NCBI GenBank assembly: GCA_000091205.1
Contig: AP006501.2
DNA: 64,000 nt
Source of the DNA: Cyanidioschyzon merolae
Lineage: Eukaryota
Strand: one strand, 5' to 3'
Shown here: in pieces, positions 41,733 to 54,210 of the stretch
Numbering within the stretch: position 1 is the first letter of the stretch
Layout of the letters: the number at the start of each line of letters is the position of its first letter
Position numbers and translations under genes: made by a program
Notes under the pieces: generated by a model
What the model was told of the DNA's origin: nothing
Databases searched by the model: none
What the model saw: only the letters and a program-made list of their open reading frames with translations

Positions 41733-43832
41733 CTACATGCAGCGATTGGCGGTGCTCCAAAGTCGAACGGTACCGTCATCACTCGCAGACGCAAAGAGCG
41801 CGAGATCCGTTGGACTCCACGCAACCGCATTCACTGTCCCAGTATGGCCTGCAAGTCGAGCACAGAGCTGACCCGAACGTCGTTTCCAGATGTATACGTG
41901 GGCATCTTCGCTGCCGCTCAGCACGAAGCATTCGCGAAAACCACCGAAACAGCTTCGGATCACAAAGCGACCCTGTTGATGCCCAATATAACGCTGAACT
42001 AGAGCGTTATGTTCAAAATCCCATTCGTGGATCTCAGGTCGCGGGCAACCGTCGCCGGAGGTGCTCACAAGCACGACCGGAATCGACTTTAATCGGGAAA
42101 CGCAGAGTGCTGTCATATTCTCGGACTCTTCGATGCAGGGACCTAGAGCGGTTGCCCCATCAGCATCATAGCGACAGATGCACCGGGCGGTGCAGATTCC
42201 CACGATCTCGTTGTAAAAGTAGTTCACCGCGATGTCGTTAAAGATGCGTCCATGAAAGGCGAGTACAACATGCGCTCGAACGCGGTCCATGCCGAGCGTC
42301 GTGCGCTCTCGCAACCCGTCGACGCGCCAGACGTAGAGATTGGAGTCTGTCAGGCTGGTAACGAAGCGCTCGCCGTCATGAAGCCAGGCACATGCAGTAA
42401 TCGCCTGGGTTTGTCTTTCACTTGCGAAACGACATCGACCGGTCCGCGTTTCCCACAGGCGCAAAACATGATCACCCGCTGCCGATAGGATCATCTCGTC
42501 GTCCGGCGACCAGGATACGGCACATATCGCGTCGCTGTGGCCGTCGAGCACCAGACAACCGGCGTGTTCGAACGCATCCGACCCGTTTGCCGATGATGCA
42601 TCATCGGTGGCGGGCTCGACACCATTGGAGAGAGCACGAACATCGGCAGCGGCCAGGTCAGCACGATGCTCGACGATCTGCTCATTGGATTGGCTGAGTC
42701 GCGCAACATCCCAAACGACAATAAGGCCGTCTTTGCCGGCGGAGAGGAGCCAACGACCACTGTGGGAAAACTGGACAAGCCAGACTTCATCCCGGTGCGC
42801 CTTGAGAATGCGCCATGTCTCGCTCGGTATGGCCATCGGTTGAAATACAAGATCCTCCAGTAACGAGGGACGCTCCTGATAGGTATATGGAAAACAAGCC
42901 TGCTGCAAATTCTCTCGCAGTGCTCGTCGCAAAAGCGTCTCCAATCGCCACTTTTCAATCGTTTTTTCCTTGCGGATGTACGGCTGCAGCTTGTGGAAGA
43001 GTTGCTCGCGCATGCAACGCCGCAACTCCACTCCATCCGTCGCTCCAAGTGGTACAGTCTTGGTCGTCTCTGGAACATCCTCGCCCTGTAGCACGGAGCG
43101 TAGAGACTCGCGGATCGCCTTGGAAAGTGAGCCCCTCGCATGTGAGACACGCAGCACAGCGATGGTGAGACGGTGCAGGCGCCAGGCCTCCTGCTGCGCT
43201 ACGGCGTTCGGCGATAGCTCCCGACACAGGCAGTCAACAGCGGCTTGCTGGAGCGCTTCCAGGCGCTGGCAACGCAGCACCCGCGCTGGTGCCGCTTCAT
43301 CGCCCTCTTCGACTTGCCCTAGAAGTTCCAGTAAAATTTCATACAGTTTTTGGGTATAAATGAGGAAGCGAGCCTCATCCACGAGCCTTGAAGCCTCAGG
43401 GGAAAGCGCTTCTTCTGGTGTTTCCGCAGCGGCCTGCTCTTTTTGGTAAGTTGTCCGACCAACCAGTCCAGGGAGGAGTTCTGCTGCTTGTTCCCACTCA
43501 CCGGAGAGCAGCAGTGTTTTCAAGCGACGCACGTCTGGTGAGCGTGCGAGAATACCTGCCTCGCGTTCGAGTGCCTGCGCTGTGCGGTGGTAGCCAAGGT
43601 CCTCCAGTTCCTGGAGCATAAGTCGCGTTATCTCTCTGCGATCGAGTTCCATGTCAGCGGGGTCACTCCAGCGCTGGCTGAGGCTCGCTGCCCTGCGTGT
43701 TACTGTACCCGCACTGTCGTGAAGCTCTTCTCTCGGTTCGTTCCGTCCGTTGCTACCTACTTCCGTGCCTGACCGCACATCTATCTCCATCAACTGGTCA
43801 GGAATTGGCGCTGCAGTGTGCGTGTCCGTCAT
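41733..43832 (-). CDS. LisH-CTLH-WD40 protein (WDR26/GID7-like)
   Basis: LisH/CTLH sits at the N-terminus (REITRLMLQELEDLGYHRTAQALEREAGI …). Several WD40 repeats follow at the C-terminus (GHSDAICAVSWSPDD, GHTGTVNAVAWSP, WD dipeptides). Confidence 0.8.
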   Translation of the reverse strand: MTDTHTAAPIPDQLMEIDVRSGTEVGSNGRNEPREELHDSAGTVTRRAASLSQRWSDPADMELDRREITRLMLQELEDLGYHRTAQALEREAGILARSPDVRRLKTLLLSGEWEQAAELLPGLVGRTTYQKEQAAAETPEEALSPEASRLVDEARFLIYTQKLYEILLELLGQVEEGDEAAPARVLRCQRLEALQQAAVDCLCRELSPNAVAQQEAWRLHRLTIAVLRVSHARGSLSKAIRESLRSVLQGEDVPETTKTVPLGATDGVELRRCMREQLFHKLQPYIRKEKTIEKWRLETLLRRALRENLQQACFPYTYQERPSLLEDLVFQPMAIPSETWRILKAHRDEVWLVQFSHSGRWLLSAGKDGLIVVWDVARLSQSNEQIVEHRADLAAADVRALSNGVEPATDDASSANGSDAFEHAGCLVLDGHSDAICAVSWSPDDEMILSAAGDHVLRLWETRTGRCRFASERQTQAITACAWLHDGERFVTSLTDSNLYVWRVDGLRERTTLGMDRVRAHVVLAFHGRIFNDIAVNYFYNEIVGICTARCICRYDADGATALGPCIEESENMTALCVSRLKSIPVVLVSTSGDGCPRPEIHEWDFEHNALVQRYIGHQQGRFVIRSCFGGFRECFVLSGSEDAHVYIWKRRSGQLCARLAGHTGTVNAVAWSPTDLALFASASDDGTVRLWSTANRCM

Positions 43833-45289
43833 TTCACGTTCAAGGTGCTAGGCAGCAATATAACGCCCGACTCGAACGTCGTGTCGCCGTCCAAAAGAAA
43901 GAAAGCGCCGCACTTGGGAACGTCCACGACCTGCACCGAACAGCGCTTGTGAGCGGAACGGTCTACTGGACATCTCGCGGCCGTTGCTGCGAGGTTGTAT
44001 GGTACGAGTGCTGCCGCGGTTTGCGAAGAAACTCGGAGATGGAGACGGGTGCCATGGGTTTTGTCGGTTCCTGCTTATGAACGCGTCGAGCTGAGCTTGG
44101 ACGCTGTAGTAAAGTTATGGAGGAGCGTTCAAGCGGTCTGCGGGGAAAACTGGTGATCGGCAGGTGCATCGCCTACGGCTCGTCTGGGCTTGTCTATGAA
44201 AGCGTCGACTTGAGTTTCGACGCTTCGATCACGCGCCGTGAACCGTTGTCAAGTGCACTCGTCTTGCAAGCTGCATACGACTAGGCATGTTTACACATTT
44301 TATACCGCAATCGCTGTACTGGCGTCCCGAAACACTCACTTGCAGATGTTTCTCTTGGAAAACGAGCTCGAAAACTCCTCGTGAGCTCGATGAGCGATAA
44401 AGCTCGGCTGCGGGCTCCGTTCAAAGGCTGCCACGGTCCAGCTCGGTGCAGTGGTCGCGGTGCTGCCTGTCCTTAGGGCGCTCAAACCGTTCCGAGCGGC
44501 TAAAGAGCCGGCTCGCTGAAAAAGCATCAGGTAGTGTCACTGTATTCGCGACTCGGTGGCTGAGTTCTTGTGCGATGTGTCGAGCGAGAGAATCGGAGAA
44601 CGTCTGCCGGTTTCGTCCGTCAGGGAGGTTTTGGTTACCGGGGCAGGTCGCTGCAGTGCCGACTGCTGAAACGCGGCCTTTGCATGCCCATAACAAAGTC
44701 CAAACTTTCTGTGAGCCAGTACGCATCTTTGTCCTTCTACGCATCGGCGATTGATTCGGATATTGTCGTTTACTGAAACGGTTCAATGCCAGCAGCTATT
44801 CGGATTTCATCCTGGACAGCACCGAAACTCGACCTGCATCACATGCTCTGAGACTTTCAGAGCGTGCGCTCGATGCGGAGCATGAACCTGTGGAGCCGCT
44901 CCACCGCTGTCGAGTGCGGCAGCATGCGCGCGTTCATGATGCACCCGGCTTTTTTGCCCCGTGACGAGCTCTTTTTTTAGATGGGCTATGAGGCGCCACC
45001 GTGGACAAGTCGCAGCATACCACGCCTCGGGAGACGCATCGTCAACTGCTTGCTCCGGAGAGCGGCTCATCGTGACCGTCCTGCAATCGCACGGTTCCGG
45101 TATTCATGAGCCAACGTACGCGACTTGACGTGATGTAGGGCGCTTGACCCTAACCAGGCAATTCTGGAGACGCGAACGCTACGAGCAATCAGGGAAGAGA
45201 CCATCACGACTCAACGAAAGATTTCACGTTCCGCGAAGCGTAGGATCATATCCTAACGCCGCGATGGCTGGCGCTCTCAAGGACATCGT

Positions 45290-45830
45290 TTGCTCGCATG
45301 CCTCCTTGCCATTACGGACAGGCGGACTGGAAGCCTATCGGTTTTGTCTGCAAAATCGTTTAGAATTCGGGTTTCGTGCTGAGCTGAACAAGGCTACACG
45401 CTTGGATGGTCTATGCGATATCCTGAAACGACTTGTGCAGTCATCATCCCGTAGAGTTCAAGTAAACATCGGCACCGCCACGTGATAAACCGCCGCACTT
45501 GTCCTGTATGTGCCTCCGCGCCAATCTTGCGCTAAAAAGCTTCATGTACAGCACTGCAACTTCATATTTGCTCCGAGAGCTTTCATAATCCACCGTGCTC
45601 TCTACGCGAACACCCCCTCATCTCGGTACATGCGCCTTGGCTCTACAGCACACTCTTTCTCACAAAGGTTTGCCGATCTTCGCAACAAATACAATGCAAG
45701 TTGTTCCCGCTGTTCGGGATCCTTGTTACCCAGCGCAGCTGCGAGCCTCAAACGCCGACGCTTATGAGCGCTGGACAAGTTGCCGTCGCGGCACAGTCGT
45801 ATATGCTGTGCTCCGCGCGCGCGCACTAAC
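45290..45830 (+). mobile_element. Copy L, a degraded TnpB-like remnant adjacent to the gyrA 3' end
   Basis: ORF 45144..45485 contains '…LEAYRFCLQNRLEFGFRAELNKA' (matches kAYKFRLYPTKEQ…fG). ORF 45510..45767 contains '…KYNASCSRCSGSL' (matches yTSQTCSKCGhv). ORF 45595..45897, in another frame, contains 'PCYPAQLRASNADAYERW' (second Cys + decayed RuvC-III). Confidence 0.4.
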
Positions 45831-45864
45831 GCAACCTCCCTCGTCGAGCCGGAGCCCACAAAAG

Positions 45865-48792
45865 TCAACCACGCGAGTCCAAATCCCAGGCAGGTGAAGG
45901 CATCGGTTCCGCTTCGCTGCCGTTCGTGAAACTTACCTGCGCAATACGATCTCCAGTATCGAGTCGCTGTACGTAAACACCGGTAGCCCAGCGACCCTGA
46001 ATGGGGATGCTATCGCACGGTACGCGCACCACAGTACCCCGCTCAGTGATAAGAATAATCTCTGAGTCCGGTTCTACGCAACGCAGGCAGAGCAAACGAT
46101 CCTCCGTATCCATCTTGAAGCTGGTCGCACGCTTACCCCCGCCGCCTCGCCTCTGAATACGAAACGCATCCACATGGAGGCGTTTTCCGTAACCCTGTTC
46201 GGTAATCGCCACCAGGTAGCGCTCCGAGGTGGTGACGTCTGCACAGCCGTCGACCACATCCATATCGGCTATCGCGTCGTTCTTCCGCAGCCGCATGGAA
46301 CGCACACCCTGGGTTCGGCGTCCCGTCGACCTAAGCTGCGCTTCCGAGAGCGAGAAACGAACCGCAAGACCAGTTGTCGATGATATGATCACCGAGTCGT
46401 CGTTACCGCAGAGACGTACCCAGCGCACCGTGTCGGTATCACGCACATTCATGACAATCAGACCCCTGGCGTTCATGTTCGCAAATGCGGAGAGCGGCGT
46501 CTTTTTCAGCCAGCCCTGCTGTGTGAGTAGAAGCAGATAGCGATCCGGGGTAAAGGCGGATATGGGTACCAGCGCCGCGAGACTTGTCTCTGCATTGCCG
46601 ATGCTCGCATCGAAAACCGGTAACAGAGCGCTCAGCGGTGCACCGCGAGCTACGCGCGACGCCTGTGGTATCTGGAACGCTCGAATCGCATAGGCAGTGC
46701 CTCGTTGGGAGATCGCCAAGATGGTATCGTGATCGCGGCAGGAGAAGAAGTGAGCGACTTGGTCGTCTTCGCGAATACGCGCCGCAGCCTTGCCCCGAGT
46801 ACCGCGCCGCTGCGCTTCGAATTCGCGCATCGCCATTCGCTTCACGTAGCCTTGTTTGGTGGCGATGATCACCGATTCCTCATTGGGAACCAGGTCGATA
46901 TCGGAGAGTTCTGGCTCTTCGGGTGAAATCGCGGATCGACGTGGTCGTCCAAATTGTGACTGGATTTCCTGCAGCTCCCGAGTGATCATGGCCATAACGA
47001 GTTCACGTCTCGCGAGTGTATTCTCGAGCTCCGCGATTTGCGCCAGGAGCTCCTGATGCTCCTGATCGAGACGACCCATCTCTAGTTGGGTCAGGCGACG
47101 TAGCTGCATTCCCAAAATTGCATCTGCTTGGCGCTCGGAGAGTCCAAAGGCACCATCAGGGTCAACGAGTGCCCTGCGGGCGAAACTCACGTCGCGGGCG
47201 TTCCGCACGATGCGAATGACGGCGTCGATATCGCGGAGCGCAAGACGCAGGCCCTGCACGATGTGCTCTCGGTCTCGTGCCTTGTTCAGCTCAAAAGTGC
47301 AGCGTCTTTGAATCACCTGCACTCGATATTCGAGGAAGACTTCGAGCGCACGTCGTAGACTCAGTTTTTCAGGGCGTCGCCCTACCAACGCAAGCATGTT
47401 ACCATTGAAAGCCGCCTGCAGAGCAGTCTTCTTGAACAGCTGATTGAGCACAACGTTCTTATCTGCATCACGCTTCAGTTCAATGACGATGCGCATGCCG
47501 TCGCGGTCACTCTCATCCCGCAGATCCGCAATACCGTCCAGTTTCTTCTCGTTCACGAGTGTCGCCATTCGTTCCAAAAGTTGCGCTTTGTTCACCTGAT
47601 ACGGAAGCTCGTGGACAATAATTGCTTCACGCACGGGGCGGTTTTTCGCTCGAACCGTTTCGAACGAGGTACGCGCGCGCAAAATAATAGCTCCCTGGCC
47701 GGTTCGATGCAGGTCGCGGGAGCCGCGGAGACCCATGATAATACCACCGGTGGGAAAGTCCGGTGCGGGAATCAGCGCTTCTAGTTCCGCTTCCAGTAGT
47801 TTGGGATTCTTGATAAGGGCAATGAGCGCGCTCACGAGCTCGCGCAGGTTATGTGGCGGAATGTTCGTAGCCATCCCGACGGCGATCCCTGAGGCGCCGT
47901 TCAAAAGTAGCTGTGGCAGGCGTGCGGGTAGCACCACGGGTTCCTGGTCCGAGGCATCAAAGTTTGGCACCATATCGACCGTGTCTTGGTCAATGTCCGC
48001 GAGAAGGACGCGTTTGCTGAGCGAGGTCAGGCGACACTCGGTATAGCGCATGGCAGCTGCCTTGTCGCCATCGACAGAGCCCAGATTCCCTTGGCCATCC
48101 ACCAGGGGCTCCAGCATCGAGAAGGGCTGAGCCATGCGTACCAGTGCATCGTAGACCGCGCTGTCGCCATGCGGATGATATTTTCCCAACACTTCACCGA
48201 CCACGCGAGCACACTTGCGATACGGGCCGTCCGGATCCAAGCGCAGTTGATTCATTGCGTAGAGAATGCGGCGATGAACGGGTTTCAGCCCATCACGCGC
48301 GTCGGGAAGCGCCCTCGCGTGGATCACGCTCAGAGCATATTCCAAGTACGATCTCGCAAGAACGCTACTCACCTCCGTGTTAATAATGCTTTCATGCGGG
48401 GAGGCTTCCAGAGTACCAGCTGAGCCTGCTTCCGAAGGCTCTTCGCCCGCCGCTGGTGCAAGTTGCGCCCGAAGCTGATACGCACTGGCGCCTAGCGAGC
48501 GGCTCGCTCGGCGCCGACAGCCACCGCTCCCGACGAATGAGGAAGCGCCTGATCGCGCCGGGATAGAGAACCAGCCTAGGGCTCTCGGCTGTCGCCCAAA
48601 AGGAGCGGAGACACGGCCTTGTCTGAGCGTCACACGACAAGTGATGCCGCGTTTGACGCTCAGGTCAGTTGTGGGCAAGGCGCCCAAGTTTCGTTGCTCC
48701 GGGCCAGCGAGCACCCCCACAAAGACCAAAGCGCAATACGAGCAACCATGTTTGTAAGAATCAAGTTCCTGCATTGCCAGTAAAACCTGCAA
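45865..48792 (-). CDS. gyrA: DNA gyrase subunit A (organelle-targeted, nuclear-encoded)
   Basis: [55 protein letters not shown] and the active-site context are GyrA N-terminal signatures. A C-terminal beta-pinwheel is present. The ORF has a ~130-aa N-terminal presequence, Ser/Arg-rich over roughly its first 80 residues. Confidence 0.9.
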   Translation of the reverse strand: MQVLLAMQELDSYKHGCSYCALVFVGVLAGPEQRNLGALPTTDLSVKRGITCRVTLRQGRVSAPFGRQPRALGWFSIPARSGASSFVGSGGCRRRASRSLGASAYQLRAQLAPAAGEEPSEAGSAGTLEASPHESIINTEVSSVLARSYLEYALSVIHARALPDARDGLKPVHRRILYAMNQLRLDPDGPYRKCARVVGEVLGKYHPHGDSAVYDALVRMAQPFSMLEPLVDGQGNLGSVDGDKAAAMRYTECRLTSLSKRVLLADIDQDTVDMVPNFDASDQEPVVLPARLPQLLLNGASGIAVGMATNIPPHNLRELVSALIALIKNPKLLEAELEALIPAPDFPTGGIIMGLRGSRDLHRTGQGAIILRARTSFETVRAKNRPVREAIIVHELPYQVNKAQLLERMATLVNEKKLDGIADLRDESDRDGMRIVIELKRDADKNVVLNQLFKKTALQAAFNGNMLALVGRRPEKLSLRRALEVFLEYRVQVIQRRCTFELNKARDREHIVQGLRLALRDIDAVIRIVRNARDVSFARRALVDPDGAFGLSERQADAILGMQLRRLTQLEMGRLDQEHQELLAQIAELENTLARRELVMAMITRELQEIQSQFGRPRRSAISPEEPELSDIDLVPNEESVIIATKQGYVKRMAMREFEAQRRGTRGKAAARIREDDQVAHFFSCRDHDTILAISQRGTAYAIRAFQIPQASRVARGAPLSALLPVFDASIGNAETSLAALVPISAFTPDRYLLLLTQQGWLKKTPLSAFANMNARGLIVMNVRDTDTVRWVRLCGNDDSVIISSTTGLAVRFSLSEAQLRSTGRRTQGVRSMRLRKNDAIADMDVVDGCADVTTSERYLVAITEQGYGKRLHVDAFRIQRRGGGGKRATSFKMDTEDRLLCLRCVEPDSEIILITERGTVVRVPCDSIPIQGRWATGVYVQRLDTGDRIAQVSFTNGSEAEPMPSPAWDLDSRG

Positions 48793-49899
48793 GGAAATAT
48801 ATAGGGCAGCTCCGAGTTATAAACCCCGCAACGAGCGCGCTATGGCTTGAAAGTCCTCGCGCCGCGGTGTCCAGTGAACGGCGCTGGTGCGACACCAACG
48901 CTCTCGCAGAGCAGTTATCTCCCAAACATAGTCTTTGAACAAGTAAATCACCTACTGGTGGTCAATGCAGGCGCTGGGTCACAGAATGCACGGACTGGAG
49001 CTTTGAACAAATTAGTTGCAGGAGTTGAAGCACTGGTGTTTGCAGCGTTTGGTGCAGACGCAGGCTCAGGGCCGAGTTTTCCGCGCTTCGTTGCGTACTA
49101 AGAACAGTAAACGCGTTGTACGCATGTATTCCGAAACTAGAGCACTCCGGACTATTTGGTTTGCACCCTGTGAAGATAACTTGTTGTGAGTGAGCAATAT
49201 GCCCACGAGTTAGCATATACAATATTTTCGATTCTTCAAGTTTTCACCGGCGAATACCAAGCGCGGTAGCTGCACCGGTTCGCTCCCAGGCCGAATAGAC
49301 TAGTCCGCGTCTGTTAGTTGTATGGAGCAGAACCTGAAACGAACCGGATTTCTCCCGAATCCACAGAAAATCCTACGTATCAATTCATGAACCCCATGTC
49401 GAGTGCTGTCTACTATTGAACTGCGCAACTGAGCTGGCACTGCCGGTATCGTTGGGCGGCTCACGCCACAGCGCCAGCAGACACCAGTCTCGCACAGGAC
49501 GCTTGTTGCAGGGCAAATATGCAGAAGGCTAGCACCCGTGCTCCGGTGCTGTGTGGGAAGCTCAGTCGCGTCGGCTTATGCGTTGAACTTGCGGAAGATG
49601 AAAATGGCACTTTTGACTCAGACATCCGAGCGAAACCTGCAAGGAATGGGATCTCGGAAACCCACGTACCTGTTTCGCTGCACCAACATGTCTATGCAGC
49701 AAGCAGCGCTTCAGCGATGCGCTCTGGTGGCGGCAGTCTGTATTTACGTCGACGCAGGATCGAACAACAGAAACCAGAGACTGGATATGACCCCAGGAGA
49801 GCCGCGTTCTACGCTCGTTCGGGCATTTCCGTGCAAACGATCAAAGCAGCGTCGTAGACTGCGTTGCATCAGTGTGAACGACCCGCGGCAGTGACGTGA

Positions 49900-51200
49900 A
49901 ATGCTCAAGCCGTTTGCATCCTGGTCCCATACAAATGCATGGTGTGCGCGAAACCCCACGTAACATGAACGTGGAACGCTGAACCGCTTGCAACGTTGCT
50001 GGCATTCGATATTTTCCGAACTTTTCCGAAGATATGCAACCTGAAGATTCGAATTGCATGAATGAAGGCTGGCGGATCCGTATGTAGTTTCAGGATTGTG
50101 GGTCATGTCCAGGGAGTGGCTCCCGCGATTTCTCGGCACTGGAATTCGATACGTCACCGTCATCAAGATGATTTTTCGTGGCGCGCTCGAACAAGGGCTC
50201 CTAAAAGAATCGCTATCAGCATCGAGGGCACGCGCAAAAGCCTCTGCTCGTCCATTTCCGTACTCGTAATAGGTTCAAATCACGCATTCTTCAAGGTTTC
50301 GATCTTTGTGTTGCAGGGCGCCTGTTGAGTGCAGCGATTCGCACCACTCAATTGACGACGATGAAGAACATTCCACGTGATCCATTGACGATGTTTTCAT
50401 GCGCTCACGCCGAAACCTCGCTGACCGCCTCTCGGCATATCATCGATTCTGTTCGCTAGATCAACCATCATCTGTTCCGTGTCATCGATGAAATGGCACT
50501 GGGCTGCAGCATGATGCTTTTTGCGGGAGTTGCTCCCAGACGTTCAAATCTCTTCTATTCCTTTTACACGGAAATGGGTCTTGGACTAGGAGTTCAGTTA
50601 CGGTAGCGATCGTTGCCACTGCAGTGTGCGTCATCATGTCGCATAAAGGGAACGGAGACAATTGAAGACTTCTCGGTGCGTTCTCTAATCAGGCGTTCCC
50701 CTCCGGTACCCGTATCACCATGGAAAACATCGCGTTCAAGATCTCCTCTGTCGAATGGAATAGCATGTGCTTGCATATGCAGTCGATAGCGTACTCACCG
50801 AGGGTATCGCGCAGACGCAGCCCGTGATCGATGTTACGTCAACGGGCGCGAACATGGAGCAGAGCACCCTGATGAGCTGCATGGAACCCCAGGGGGCACG
50901 TATCAAACGATGAAGCAAGCCTTCTCGTTCCAAGGGGCGGCTATCGGGGAAGCATTTATAATGGATATACGGAAACACCTGATCATTGCCAAGTGTCGTC
51001 CCGGTGAAGCGCGCAGAAAGGCGGTATGTAAAAAATGAGAATAGAAAGCGATGCGCAGATCGCAGCGTTCGCTTTTAGCATAAAATACGTCGACAACTGC
51101 CGAGAGAAACAATGTAGAGACTTTCAGGCTGCCATCAGCACACTTCGACTGCTGACAATCAAGCTGAAGGGAAAGGAAAACCAAGCAGTCGCAGAAACGG
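49900..51200 (+). mobile_element. Copy F1, a ~1.2 kb repeat; direct partner of F2, lying 3' of HisA
   Basis: Nucleotide similarity to 52880–54210 across several blocks: CGATATTTTCCGAACTTTT, GCAGCGATTCGCACCACTCAATTGACGACGA, CATGGAAAACATCGCGTTC. It ends with ORF 51035..51301 '…YVDNCREKQCRDFQAAISTLRLLTIKLKGK', a CxxxC + RuvC-III-like motif. Confidence 0.6.
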
Positions 51201-51713
51201 CCCCTGGAGGCTGGTCAATACTCGTGTTGATGACAGTGAGAGTCATCCAAAACTTGAGCGTTTATGCCAGGGCCCGACGCCCTTTTTCCATTTCATTCTG
51301 ACATGGGTGCTGATGGAAGCAACCGAACGCATCAGCGTTCACCTCATGCCGGGGATGCCAGTCAAGCCCTATAGACACTGATCAACGGTACCGTTTTGCG
51401 GGGCAGCAGCAGCGGCAGCAAGTCCCTGTTTAACATTCGTGTCCAAATGCTTTGCGGACACGTGCCGTGCTGCTGCGAGTCGCGGCACTCGGTAACGGGT
51501 CGAAGACCTCGTACCCAGCGAATTGCCCGAAGCCTCCCGAATTCAAGAAGCGAAAAAGATTGCCACCGACTCTCCGAAACAGCAGCGCATCTGGTGCACG
51601 GAAGCAGCTCATGTAACAAGCGACAGCGTTCCAGCGCTAGACCCGGGGCCAATGGCAGTCTGGTTGCCTTTTGCAACATGCCTAGGATTTGTATTTGCCA
51701 TTTCGAGGTACTT

Positions 51714-52688
51714 TCATCGAGCAAGCATTTTCTCCAGTCTTCGTTGCCACTCCACAACCATATCAAAGGAAAGCGCGCCTCCGAAGATATCCAAAGCGGA
51801 ACCGATTGTGACATCTACTCGGCCGCAACCAACAAGTCGAACGCGTTCCAGGTCGGCTAGGTCTCGAACGCCACCCGCATACGTTGCCGGTACTGGGGAC
51901 CCGACAGCCAGCTCATGCACCAATGCTTCGTCGATACCGATTTGCTTGCCTTCAACGTCCACGGCATGTACTAAAAACTCTGCACAGTATTCGCTGAGCC
52001 ATTCCAGGAGCTGGCCACTTATTCGCAAGTCAGTTCGTCTTGTCCATCGATCCGTGTAAACGTAGTATGCGCTTTCGCTCCCCGAAATATGACTTCGGCA
52101 GCTGAGATCAAGAACCAGACGCTCTCTGCCAATACGGTGGGCTAGGCGAAGCAGTCGGGACTCATCCAGCCGACCATCCCGAAACACGTACGAAGTGACG
52201 ATCACATGGCTGGCACCGGCCTCCAAAAACCGTTCTGCATTCTCCTCCGTAATGCCACCTCCGAGCTGCATTCCCTGCGGATATGCGGCAAGAGCAGCAA
52301 GCGCAGCACGTTCCGATGCTTCGCGATCCCCTCCGAGGAGGATGATATGGCCTCCAGGCAGCGCATGCTCGCGGTACAGCGAGGCGTAGTAGGCCGCGGG
52401 TTGCGTCGCTTCGAAGTTCACCACTGACGCCCGGCTCCCGTCTGCTGATAGTGATGACCCGACTATCTGTTTAACCTTTCCGTTATGAATGTCAATGCAG
52501 GGTCGAAACCGTGTCACGCGTTCAGCAGTCGCACGAGCGGTCGGCGTCCCGGCTGTGAGCCTGGGTCGCGCTCGAACACGGGCAACTGGCGGGTGCCTGG
52601 CGCCCTCCGGGGATATTCCGGTGATTCGTCTCGTCAACGGCGGAGCGTGAATCCCCGAACTGGTGCTTGGAAAACAGAAGAGGAGCAT
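51714..52688 (-). CDS. hisA: ProFAR isomerase (HisA / HIS6)
   Basis: FRPCIDIHNGKVKQIVGSSL is the eukaryotic-type HisA N-terminal motif, and a (beta/alpha)8 fold follows. There is an N-terminal extension of about 60 aa that resembles a transit peptide. Confidence 0.85.
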   Translation of the reverse strand: MLLFCFPSTSSGIHAPPLTRRITGISPEGARHPPVARVRARPRLTAGTPTARATAERVTRFRPCIDIHNGKVKQIVGSSLSADGSRASVVNFEATQPAAYYASLYREHALPGGHIILLGGDREASERAALAALAAYPQGMQLGGGITEENAERFLEAGASHVIVTSYVFRDGRLDESRLLRLAHRIGRERLVLDLSCRSHISGSESAYYVYTDRWTRRTDLRISGQLLEWLSEYCAEFLVHAVDVEGKQIGIDEALVHELAVGSPVPATYAGGVRDLADLERVRLVGCGRVDVTIGSALDIFGGALSFDMVVEWQRRLEKMLAR

Positions 52689-52879
52689 GAGAACGGCTCA
52701 GCAGGTGTAGGCTCATGCGCAGTGCTCGACGGCTGTCACAGGTACCTCGACGACTGGAGACTCAAGGGTTGTGTATGAAAGTCGTCCGGAGACACGAAAA
52801 CACGCGTTTCAAAAACTTTTCCCTGAGGTCCACCACGCTCCGCTCTTCACCACTGGGTTTCGGGAATGCGCCTCGCAGC

Positions 52880-54210
52880 TACGCCAGAGCAGTTCAAGCC
52901 TTGTGCACGCCAGACAGGCACAGGCGCGCTGCGTCTTCCACGGCAACACCCGTGTCGGATGAAAGTGGAACACTGGGCTGCTCGCATTGGTGCAGCTTTA
53001 CGATTTTTTCCGAACTTTTTTAGATGTAAAACCGCGGCTTTCGGAAAGAAGGAATATCGGCTTACGGGTTTATACGTAGTTTTAGGATTTTTGGGTGTCC
53101 TTATGGAATGGCTTCTTCGAACTTTGTCCGCTACAGCTCGTTTCGTCACCGGAATCCAGATGGGATTCTAGATCAGAATCTGGATGATTCGCAAAGTCGC
53201 CGAACATGAGTTCGAGAATCAGTCGACATCAGTTCCCGATTCATTCGAGCATGCCTCCAGTCTTCTACATTCCTTTCATGTTTCATGTTTAAACCAGATT
53301 TTCTTCAACTCTCCGATCTATGCCTTGCAAGGTGTTTCGTGGGCGCAGCAATTCGCACTTCTGGATTGACGACAAGAAAAACTCGCGGCCGTCGCTTGAC
53401 GACAAGTTCCAGAGCTCATGTCGAAAGCTCACCCAAGTCGTCACGTTTCGTAAACGATTCTGCTCGAAAGACGAGTCCTCCTCTATTTGTGGCCCTCTAC
53501 AAAACGACATTCGACTCCAGCACGACATCGCTTTTAGGGCTTGCTCCTAGAGGCTCCTATTTCCTCTGTTTGCGTCGAAACCGGATTCGGAGTCAGACTT
53601 GAGCCATCGCACCGATTGCTTCTAGTGGAGCGTTTGTCACCGCTGTGCACGAAGAGCGTGAAGACGAATCTTAATTTCTCGACACGTTCTCTGGTCTGGC
53701 TTTTCCTTCCGGTGCTCGTTTCATCATGGAAAACATCGCGTTCCACAAATCCTCTACCGAATGGAACAGCGTGTGCGTGTGTGTGCACCCGGCATCCTTC
53801 TCACAGAGGGATCCTCCAGAAAACACCTGTTACCATAGATTACGTCACCTGGCACGTAACTGGAGCAGGGCATCGAGGGGAGCCCCCTGTACCTGTCAAG
53901 GGATGTATCGAGCCATGAAGCAAGCCTTCTCGCATCAAATGGCGCTGGCCGAACGAACGAATGAGCGTGGTGAGCTTGTAGGAACACTTGACTTGGTCCA
54001 AGTGTCACCGATGCGACGGGCACATTGAGACTGTACGCATCGAAGAGGAAAATTGCAACTGACGCGTAGATCGCGACGACTTCCTGTGCACGAAATGCGT
54101 TGACAATAGCTGGAAACTGCGAATTCCGGACTTGAACGCTGACATCAACATCCTTCGACTTGTGAGAATGGAGCTGGAGAGACTAGCACATTTAAAGCCG
54201 GGTATGAGAG
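52880..54210 (+). mobile_element. Copy F2, the direct partner of F1, lying 5' of HisA on the minus strand; it carries the best-preserved zinc-ribbon/RuvC-III block
   Basis: The boundaries and motifs are the same as in F1. The C-terminal segment is listed as a separate feature at 53982..54218. Confidence 0.6.

Noticed and set aside
54060-54062. In-frame TGA inside the F2 zinc-ribbon segment as evidence of stop-codon reassignment
   Set aside because: Host genes in the window terminate normally with TGA/TAA/TAG. The copy also has a frameshift just upstream. Simple pseudogenisation is the parsimonious reading.
49900-54210. F1/F2 direct repeats interpreted as LTRs of a retrotransposon carrying HisA
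   Set aside because: No reverse transcriptase, integrase, protease or gag-like ORF, PBS or PPT lies between them. The repeats themselves encode TnpB-like zinc-ribbon/RuvC-III fragments. HisA is a normal host gene with a transit peptide.
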